Below the pieces are notes generated by a model that saw only the letters and a list, made by a program, of their open reading frames with translations, made no database searches and was not told the origin of the DNA. Made by a program: the position numbers and the translations under genes. DNA of 57,928 bases, filler included, from Nemertoderma westbladi (taxonomy: Eukaryota > Animalia > Xenacoelomorpha): assembly GCA_032718475.1 (NCBI GenBank). It is 3 parts of 3 records of this genome, joined end to end, with 100 filler letters (N's around TTAATTAATTAA, not from the genome) between each part and the next. Parts side by side here need not be neighbours in the genome. Positions count along the whole stretch, not along the records: positions 48,064 to 57,928 come from JAUCBJ010008196.1; 2 more parts are not named here. One strand, written 5' to 3'. Positions 47,964 through 57,928 of the stretch are shown here, in pieces. The stretch's first letter is position 1, and each line of letters begins with the position of its first letter.

Positions 47964-48062
47964 NNNNNNNNNNNNNNNNNNNNNNNNNNNNNNNNNNNNN
48001 NNNNNNNTTAATTAATTAANNNNNNNNNNNNNNNNNNNNNNNNNNNNNNNNNNNNNNNNNNN
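47964..48062. other. Assembly gap with TTAATTAATTAA linker
   Basis: N-run with a central linker. Confidence 0.97.
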
Positions 48063-48550
48063 NAGACCCTACATGAGTCAGCCTGTGTTCCTTTTATATG
48101 TGACTAAAATCAGTGAAGATTGGCAGATTAGTGTGCAGTATTGTGCAGCATTGTGTATGAGTGAGTCTGTTAAAGAAGCAATTCCTAAAGAATGCGCCAT
48201 ATATGTGAATTATAATTAAGCCATATCGTTGTGAGTAGTTTAAGTCATAACTCTGTTTATATAGATAAAGCGCCACGTCCTAAAGGAACTGTTAATATTA
48301 CCGAAGGTGAATAATATTGTCAGAGATTATATAGTACTGTCAGTCGAATAATACATTAGGCTTACATAGCAATAAAATTAAACCGTCGAACCCAATCTCC
48401 CGGGAATATCCAGCGGGTGAATGGTCGCGCACGGATTGGTTTCGACTAGTGTAGTGAATCAAATACTTGTCAAAGACTAAAAACTGATTTAATATCTAGA
48501 AGACATCTTAATTTGGTGGGTTAAACTGCCAAAGGTCTGAAAGCGCGAAC

Positions 48551-48727
48551 AACAGCCCATGACTTTCTTGAGACGCATCTTGAAGGACATTGGCTTTGAA
48601 GATGCGGATGATCTAGCAAATGAAATGGGTTATAGGGAGTTGCGGCGGCGAAATTTTGTCGACATGCCGGCAAAGCTTTCTTAAAAATGCAGCTCCAATG
48701 CAGCATACCGATCCTAGGAGTAGTAGT
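48551..48727 (+). mobile_element. RTE family A short 3' fragment
   Basis: cagcccatgactttcttgagacgc... through 3'UTR and tagtag tail. Confidence 0.85.
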
Positions 48728-48956
48728 TCGGTACCAGAACAAAGAGAAGGTGTATTCAATTGTCATACCAGATACTAATGATAGTGGGGAAGATGAATCT
48801 GATACTATTTTACCAAATATTTTTGCTACCATTAATGCTCATTGTTGTTCCTGAACAACATTCATTAAAAATATTCAAATAATAAAAAAAAAAATTTTTT
48901 GGAATTAATGTGTTCTTTTAGACTGTTTTCAGTTTATCTAACCTAAAAAAAATTTT

Positions 48957-51900
48957 CTAAACCATTAAAAATAATTCGAGCAGCAAAGGGTTAAGACTAC
49001 TTAAGTGTAATGATAGCGGTTTAGATGCGAGGATTAGGAGCTTAGTAGGAAAAGGATCATTAGAGGCGGATTTAGGATCTAGGTGTAATAGGCGGTATTC
49101 TACTTCAACTGGAGTGGTCTCGGTAAGATCAAAACTATTGTTATTAGAATGTGAAAGATGACGTAGATAAGAACGGTTAGATTTAGGTATTTTATCTGCT
49201 AATTTCGGTCTTATTGTAGAGAAGTGATTATTTAAGGTATTAGCGATTTCGGATGGATCAGTAATTGTCCTAATAGAATCACCAGAGCCGGTAATTAATT
49301 TTTTTGGGATCGAGGAATTTTTAGATCTATTAAGTGCACTGTTAATTATTATCCAAGTTTTTTTAATGTTTCCAGAATTTTTTTCAAATTGTGCCGAATA
49401 GTATTCCTTTTCAGCCTTATGCAATAAATTAAGTAGTTTATTTCTAAAACGTTTAAAAGATTCAAGATTTATGTCATTTGGATGTTTAATATATGTACGA
49501 TATAAATTATTTTTAATTATAGTCAATTTAATTAATTTGGGATTAAGCCACGGTTTTCTTGGATGTTCGCGAGATGAGATTGTTTTTTAGGAACATGAGA
49601 GTTTGTAATTTTCGAAAAATCATTGTAGAATGTATCAAATTTATTTTTATCTCGAATCGGTGAAGACTTATAAGACCAATTACTGTCCGACTCGATATCA
49701 CGTTTAAATGAATCTACATTAAAATTTGAAAAGTCATATACTGTATTATTTTTAGCTTGATTAAAGTGACAAGAATATTTTTCAAATATTACGTAAGTAG
49801 GTTGATGATCAGAAGTGCCTATTTTAGAGGAAAACACACCGGAATTTGTAAAGGAAGTCGCTATATTAGTGATAGTATGGTCTATTAAAGACTGGTAAGT
49901 AGGAATAATACGAGTAGCTTGTTTAATTAGTTGGACAAAACCATTAGAGTTTAACCCTATTAAACCCGGGGGGGGGGGGTCAATATGACACCCCCCCCCC
50001 CGGGGTTTTTTTATTATAATTCTGAAACAAACGCAGTTGGGAATCTGAAATTTTATGACTTTTCCTAAAAATCTATTGTCTTCCTAGTAGTGAAAACCGT
50101 TTTCAAAAATATTGGGTACTTTTCGAGTTATAGCACCATTTTTTAACCCTACTTTTGGCACTTTTTTTGAGACGTTTTTTGAAAATTACATTTCATTAAA
50201 TATGAATTGTAACATCTCTATTTTTGATTTACACCGGTTTTTTGGTGTTAGAAATTTGATGGAATTCATATAAATTGATTTAGAAATTTCAAACTTGTTT
50301 TTTTTTCGGTGGGTACCAAATTTTGGTGCCAGCACCAAATTTTGAAATAAGTCAATTTTGTAAATTGATCGTTTGAAACTTGTTTTTTACGTAATTGGGG
50401 TTTTTTGGGTTTCTGGATTCGATTAAATATATACGAGTTGCACCAAGTGTATCAAACTTGTATTTTTCGGTGCTGTATGCAAATTTTGGTGCTAGCACGA
50501 AATTTTGAAAATCCATTCAATAGATAAAATTGCTTGTGAGAATTTATTTCTTGCGTTTTAGAGGTTTATGGCTGTTCTGAATTCAATGGAAAATATAATT
50601 ATCGAACTAGACATCTCAAACTTGTATTTATCGGATGTGGGTGCAAAATGTGGTGCTAGCACCAAATTTTGAAAACCATCAAATATATCAATTGATTGTG
50701 TCACCTTGTTTCTTGCGTTATACGGGTTTGTGATGGTTCTGAATTCAATGGAATCAGTAAAAATTTCATAAGAGTTCTCAAACGTGTATTTTTTGCCGGT
50801 GGGTGAAAATTGTTGTGCCAGCACCAAATTTTGGAAAATATGCAAATTGATAAGTAGATAGTATCACCTTATTTCTTCCGTTATACGGGTTTATGAGGGT
50901 CCTGAATCCGATGGAATCAATAAAAACAGCACTGGACATCGCAAACTTGTACTTTTTGGTGATGGGTACGAAATTTGGTGCTAGCACCAAAATTTGTCAA
51001 ATTACGTCGAAAAATACAAGTAGCAATGATCTAGCATATTAGAAATGTATTCCATTAGAATCAGCGCCCTCGAAAACCTGAAAATATGAATTTATAGCAT
51101 CGTATAAGTGAATTAAAAATTTTGTGTTCTAACTGAAAAGTGCTGGTTACTTGTTTTTTTCATTTTTTTCCTACGCAGAGAGGACTAAACAGCCATTTAT
51201 AGTAATCATAACATTTTTTAATATTTTCCAATGTATTTTGCACCCCAGAAAACCTGTATTGAAAAATAATTAGCCGAAAATGTAACTTTCAAATTTGGTG
51301 AAAATTGTGCACTACTTGTAATTTTGGTGCTGCAATATAACCACCCCAGTACATTTTTTCGAAAATTTTTTTTTCGGTCGGATCCAGACAAGTGATACCT
51401 AACAATGTCAAATTTAAAATTAATAATGGAAAGAAAATCTGTTAGCGATGAAAAATTTTTAGATAAACTACGGCAATTTAAGTTAAGAATTGAGAGTGAA
51501 GCGGATGATTTAGAGTTTGAAATTTTTTTATTAAATTCTAATTCCGAGATGCTACCGGTATTTATGTTTAGATCGATTAAGTTATTATCCGGATCAATTT
51601 GGTTAAAAGTTTGGTTTAATACATCATTGATATTGTCACTACATGGATCAGTTTCTTGCTCGTGAAAGTCAAAAATATCTATATGGTCGTTATTTATGGT
51701 TTGAAAAGGGAATATTTCAATAGTGCAAAAGTTGCAAAAAACGTCACTGGCAGAAGTGCAACCTCCGGAGCCAGGTGCCGATAGATGGGTGCCGCACGGA
51801 AAATGAAATTTATTCTTACAGTACAAACATGAGAAGAAAGTGTCAAAAGGTGTAAAGGGTGCGTAACAAAAGTAGCAAGATTCAAGCATGGGGCGATTGG

Positions 51901-53068
51901 GGAGGGGGGTTAGGGGTAAAACACAAAAGTATGGCAGCTACCGAATTAAGAAAAGGAAAGCTAGTGGGCTACTACTCATAGTGCTAAATGCATGCCCTAA
52001 CTGCTGTACAAATTGACAAATGTACAAAATGCATATAAACTGTAATAGTAGGCCTACCGTATAGGAGGAGGTCCTAGTCTATACTTCTATAATATTAATA
52101 GGAACAGGAAAAGAGTATCAACTTCAACCTATCTGAATACAGCTATATTATTATAACTTTTAGAGTTATCCCATCACCAATGGAAGGTTTAAACCATTTA
52201 TAAAGAAAACTAAGCAGAAGAGAGATTTACAATACCTCAGTGGTTAGTTGATTACAGTTTCCGTGTCTGAAGCGAGAGCATCAAAGGTATTTCTTGTAGC
52301 AGATTTTGAGCGACTAGCAGTGCGTCTTAGTGAAGCGATTCTCTCACCATCACGGTTCTTGTTACGAAAATTGACAGTCGAGCGAAGTGATTCCTCGAGA
52401 GTGTGGATATCTTCCTCATTTGCTGGATGCGGCAACATGCGCATAAATCGACCCTGAGTGAGAATACGCAGCATAGATCGTTAGAAGTTATTGTACTTGA
52501 GAGTGCGAGTCTTGCATAGAAGCGCTGATCGTCGAGGGGTAAGATGATCAGAAGCGTACACACCATTGGGAAGTTTACCTTTGTTCGCGAAGACTTTAGC
52601 TCATTGAGAGTGGCCAATGAAGCGTATTATAATAGGCCTAGTTGGTTTTTTTAGGTCGTCGGGATTAGCTTGTTTTGGTTTACCAAGGCGGTGAATTATA
52701 TCAACGAAATTCTTGGAAATTCCGAGGGATTCAATAATCTTTACCGCTTCAGCAATATCGTCGGATTGGTTTGAACTCTCTTGTATGCCGTGGATTAAGA
52801 CATTCGAATTCGAATTCGTAAATTCGAAATCGAATTCGTTTCGCAATGAAGCGTTTTCACCTTTTAAGTTATTGACCTCATGATGTAGGGTGTCGTTATC
52901 GATACGTAGTTCGTTAATTACTTCTGAGATATTCGATAAAGGGGCTAGTTGCTTTTTGATATCGTTTAGTTCTGTTTGGATTCCGCCGACTGTGGCGTTC
53001 AAGGTGTTAAGCATTGAAACTACGTTATCGAGCTTGTTGTTTGCCACAGATTGAGACGGTGGAGACAT
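48957..53068 (-). mobile_element. Disrupted CR1-group LINE (ORF1, PHD-like finger plus APE endonuclease; RT missing)
   Basis: ORF1 coiled coil plus IHRLGK..RPIIIRF (53068-52244, frameshifted). ORF2 has a Cys/His finger, LNLNCRSL, LIDH, SDHQP and AEKEYY...KKTW linker, and ends before the RT domain. Confidence 0.85.
49951..51398. mobile_element. DNA-transposon-like insertion into the CR1 endonuclease, TTAA-CCCT left end, ~163-bp internal repeats
   Basis: Interrupts ORF2. The left end TTAACCCTATTAAACCCGGG is piggyBac-like; no right TIR was seen. Confidence 0.65.
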
Positions 53069-53387
53069 GATTGCAGTGCTTATTGTTTGCTTAGAATATA
53101 TGCTAAGATATTTTTAGTTAAATTGTCGCTTGATTAGTTCATGGAAAACAGCAGTCAGGCACACATTACAACACTACTGGTACATGATAGCAGCTTACCC
53201 TACCGGTCTAATCAATTATTTTATTCAGTAATAAAGTCCTTGATAGACTTCAGCTTCAGGTCAAGAAGTTCGCTGAATTGTGCTATCGTTGCCGGCCACT
53301 GCTGAATTCCACCACTGAGAGCCATGCCAGGACTCGTTTTGCGCGTATGCATGAACCTGTAGGCCGATGCCTACCATAGGTCTTTAA

Positions 53388-54885
53388 AATACCTGAGTGT
53401 TTAAAGCTCATCTATCCCATCATAGTAGACATGTACCGTACAACAAGAGTCCCACAAGAAATGAAAACAAATAAGTTGGTGCCAGTCCCCAAGAAGGGCA
53501 ACCTAGCACTCTATGGTTCTTTTCGGGGAATCTCATTGATCTCGATTGCTGCAAAACTATACAATAGAATTCTATTAAATCGCATCAGGGATCCCATTGA
53601 GAGACTGCTACGTGGAAATCAGAATGGGTTCCGTAAAGGTCGTGGGACCATGGAGCCCATTTTGGCACTTAGAAGGATAATTGAAGAGTTATCAAAAAAG
53701 AAAGACAGGCATCTGGCTGTTATCTTTGTTGACTTCTTCAAGGCCTTTGATTCAGTCTCTCGCTCACGTATGTTCAGCATACTTTCATTATATGGGATTC
53801 CTGATGAAATTATTGCAGCAATCAGATCAGTATACGATGGTTCGACAACATTTGTGTCTACTGTTGACGGTGACACAGAACCATTTGAAGTGTTATGGGG
53901 CGTACTCCAAGGAGACACACTTGCACCATTCTTGTTCATTATTGTGGTTGACTATGTTCTACGCATGTCCTTAGATCATCATAATGATGATGGGGTGATG
54001 ATAACTCCACCTACTGGCTCCAGAAGTCGAGGAAATCCTGCCAAGTACCTAACTGATCTAGACTTTGCTGATGACTTAGGAGTACTCTCAGAATCATTAG
54101 AGGGAGCCCAGCGGCTCCTCAGCTCATTAGAACATGCTGCTTCTAGTGTTGGTCTTTTTATTAACTCCAGAAAGACCAAAATTCTGACAGTTAACTTTGA
54201 AAGTCCTCAGCTAGTCTCTGATCGGATGAGCATAAGCTCAAAGGATGGTATGCTTGAGCATGTGGACGACTTCTGTTACCTGGGATCATGGATCCGGAAG
54301 TCAGGTGAGGACCTTCGAATACGTAAGGGAAAGGCATGGGCAGCCTTGAATAGGCTTTCCAGGATTTGGAAGTCACCTAGAATTAATCGGAAACTTAAGG
54401 TGCGATTATTTAGAGCAGCAGTAGTTCCAGTACTCCTCTACGGGAGTCCATGCTGGGCTCTAACTGCTGAGGACACCAAATCTCTGGATGGCACATTCAC
54501 AAGAATGCTACGCCGGGTACATTGTGTCAAGTACAATGCACACATCTCCAACCAGACACTATATAACATTGGAGGTGTCTCATTGGTTCCCCCAAGCTTG
54601 ACACTAGAACAAAATCGCCTCCGCTTTGCAGGACATTGCTTTCGCCGTGAGGACCAGCCAGTGCATAATCTTGTACTTTGGCAGCCTCATGGAGTGAATA
54701 AGCATGGTGGACAGCCCATGACTTTCTTGAGACGCATCTTAAAGGACACTGGCCTTAAAGATGCGGATGATCTAGCAAATGTCATGGGTGATAGGGAGTT
54801 GTGGCGGTGCAATTTTGTTGACAAGCCGGCACAGCATTCTTAAAAATGCAGCTGCAATGCAGCATGCCGATCCTAGTAGTAGTAG
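53388..54885 (+). mobile_element. RTE retrotransposon family A, longest copy, open RT ORF 53431..54843, 5'-truncated
   Basis: PKKG, FRGISL, QNGFR, VDFFKAFDS, GVLQGDTLAP, DFADD, YLGS, RLRFAGH motifs; (TAG)4 tail; gcctacc on both flanks is a possible TSD. Confidence 0.93.
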
Positions 54886-55499
54886 CCTACCTTATCTTCT
54901 GAAGGTTGAGATAATATAACTGTACAGTCTGATTCTTGTTGTCCAGTTAACTGCGTTGATAGCTGGCTGGCCCTGAATAGTGAACAGCAGATTGGACAAT
55001 TGGTGGAAACCACTTGTATAAATAGATAGGACTACTGATAGATTATTGACATACCAATAGAGTAGGCCTACTGGTGTATTACCTACACTGGACGTCATCC
55101 ATGAAGTAACTATCCCCAGACTGCGATTTAACTGAACTAACACCCTAAACTGCACCCTTGCTGTTCAGCAGGCAACTTCCTCTGAATATCTCTTGAGTTA
55201 TTATATCTACAAAGAACTGCGCCAAAGGCCACTTTTAACACCTCTACCATAAAGGGGTTGTCAGCAGTGTATGAATCACAACCGAGCTAGACTTCAAGGT
55301 GATCAAGTTACCCTTCTATCATACATGGATGTAACGGATGCTATCATGCCTGAAGAGGAAGTAGAAAAATTGGATCATGTTAAACATATGCATCCAATAT
55401 TCTGGAAGCATTGCGAACTAAGAAAGTGTGCCTCATCATCTGCCATTCTCAATTATAGCTCCAACCAGGAACAATAAAGTAGACTTAACAAATCTGAGC

Positions 55500-56165
55500 C
55501 ATCTGACAGTCTTTAAACACCTTTAAATTGCCCATTTCTTTGATTGCGATTGTTGCAAAGCTATACAATATAATTATATTAAATCGCATCAGGGATCCCA
55601 TTGAATTGAGAGACTACTATATGGAAATCATAATAGATTCCATCAAGGTTTTGGGACCAAGGAGCCCATTCTGGTGCTTAGAAGGATAATTGTAGTCAAA
55701 AAAAGAAAGACATCTTACTGTTATCTTACTCTTACTGTTGACTTCTTTAAGGCCTTTGACTTCCAGTCTCCCGATAACTTATGTTCAGCATACTTACATT
55801 ATATGGGATTCCTGAGGAAATTATTGTAGCAATACAACCATGGTTTGACAACATTTATGTTTAATGTTAATGGTGACACAGATCTATTCGAAGTGTGATG
55901 GGGAGTCATCCAGGATGACGCACTTACACTTGCACCATTCTTAGCAGCATTACAAACCCAACAGCTCCTCAGCTTATTAGAACAGGTTGTTTGCAGAGGT
56001 AGTATATTTGTTAACTCTAATAGACAAAAATGTTTACAGTTAAGTTCGACAGTACTCAGGAAATGTCTGAATATATGAGCATTCTAAGGATGGTGTTCTT
56101 GAGCATGTGGTTGACTTCCGCTGCCTGGAATAATGGATCCGGAAAACAAGTGAAGACCTGGGCAT
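55500..56165 (+). pseudogene. Older decayed RTE family A RT copy
   Basis: Collinear similarity to 53540-54320 (ttaaatcgcatcagggatcccattga etc.) with indels. Confidence 0.85.
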
Positions 56166-56357
56166 GGGCATATGTAATGGTCAACAAGCTGGCATAGTAT
56201 TCTTATGCACACTGCATCACAGCAAGCCAGTTGTGGATTGACTGCTGACTAATTCATGCACATTGGTTTTCTAGGATACAAGATACAATCACAATCAAAA
56301 AACATTATATATCAAGTTAATGTTGTCAACAAAAACAGTCCGAGTGACAACACTCAT

Positions 56358-56626
56358 CAGGGTGGAGACAGGGGGGGGGGGGGGGGGGGGGAACTGGACG
56401 CAAATCCCGCCTTGGCGAATTAATATCCCGCCTCAATGTTAAATTCTCAATTTAGGGAAAGGAGCAGGTTACAGCGGCACATTATTTTAACCAAAACAAT
56501 AAACTAAACACAATAGAACAGGTTACAGTTTCATTTTTGAGAATAATCAGCTGTTATTTGCGTCGAATTTCCCCTGGAGAGATGAATTTTTATTGCGTCC
56601 AGTTCTCCCCCCCCTAACTGTCAGGG
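56358..56626. mobile_element. MITE with inverted ends gggggaactggacgcaa / ttgcgtccagttctcccc
   Basis: Inverted sub-termini; second partial copy at 16512-16652. Confidence 0.7.
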
Positions 56627-57928
56627 TGTGAGATCAACTTCTCACTTATTCGTTGGATGGTTCTGTACTACCGCCCCCCCCCCCCCCCCCCCCCCCCCCC
56701 ACACCCTCCCCCACCATCCTTCCGCCTTCCAAATGTTTAATGGAAAATATGATAAGCAGTCAAAAACCGTTGTCCACCAAATAGGGCGTTGCAGTTGGCT
56801 TTTAGCTGCTATCATGTACAACAACTTTTATCCAATAGGGTAAATGGAAAAATCTTTGAGCTCAAACAGTTTCAATGAAACTTAACCATAAGATATGGGA
56901 TTTAAGTAACTGTAATCTCTAAAAATGTCTCTGAAATTTAACATTAAGTTGAGGGCATAATTGATTGTGATGTATACTAATTGAAGCTTATTATTAGGCT
57001 TAGTAAGGACTTTAGGTAATGATTTATTTAACCTATTGTATATCAAAGGAAAAATTCCATGAACCAACAATATACTGACATAATGGTATCAGGACGATAA
57101 TCTATTTGATTGATCATTAATAACTTTATCATTATAATTTTGGTTAGTAGTGTCCTTGTATGTAGTAAAGCACTTATAATGAATTTTCGGTGATAAAATG
57201 ATTTTATGGCAAAATATTTTTCTTAAACATTATTTCTTGCTACTGGTTAAAACTTCGTCTTACATCCGTATAATATTATTTCAATCATTTTGTGTAGCAT
57301 ATATAATGTAGGCAGTAATTTGTGCAACATTATTCTTTATATTATAATTTTAATTGCATTGGGTATGGGCATGGTGTATATTTTTGTTTCCGGTAATACA
57401 AACTACTTATGTACTATAGATATAGATCATATAACTCCCATAGCATTATGATCCACTGCGACCACGTGTGCAAATGCAATAGCTCCACAGTTTCTGATCA
57501 GCAATATAAATCCCTAATTCGTGTGCATTTTTAAGACTAGTGACTTTTTAGCAGATGTTCCAGGAATGCCAATGGTTAACCACAACATTAACCAGTTCGC
57601 TGCATGTAATAGAACAAGATCATGGACAAGCTAAACAGTTCTATGAACATTAGTTGCCTGTCCTGTTGCCTCATCCATCATGCTGAGGTTTAGCAATTCT
57701 TAATTCTAATGCCCCGTTTGTTATGCCACTGCAACTTTATGGAACTTTGTATCAACTTGTTATAGGAAACTATAATGTTGATCAATCTCTTGTAGAGACC
57801 AAATCTTAAAAGTCACGGTCATAAATATGTATGGACATGGAGATGCAATAGTAGTAAGATCAATATTCTTGAAATTGATATTTCGATAGTAAATGCTATC
57901 CAAATGGCAAGTACTAATTGTGTAAAGT

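Overview
Repeat-rich animal (probably invertebrate) nuclear DNA with two scaffold gaps. On the minus strand, 20037->4305 holds nine spliced exons of an uncharacterised multi-EF-hand gene that continues past the window start. The ORF track mostly misses it, but the exons join in frame through canonical GT-AG introns. The most striking observation is that three of its nine splice donors have been tandemly amplified together with the end of their exon. These are a 38-bp satellite (~113 copies visible), a 56-bp satellite (~100 copies) and a 20-bp x3 array. They are exactly the three donors reading GG|GT(T/G)AGT. A structurally intact U1 snRNA gene lies in sense orientation in intron 6, between the two large arrays. 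The window also has three intronless housekeeping genes (PCNA, PFDN4, ACTR10). The last two exons of a CDKL-family kinase flank a 9.3-kb intron that hosts antisense ACTR10 and a near-complete LINE. Other content: RTE fragments, a disrupted CR1-like LINE, SINEs, MITEs, further minisatellites and a degenerate minimal hammerhead ribozyme motif.
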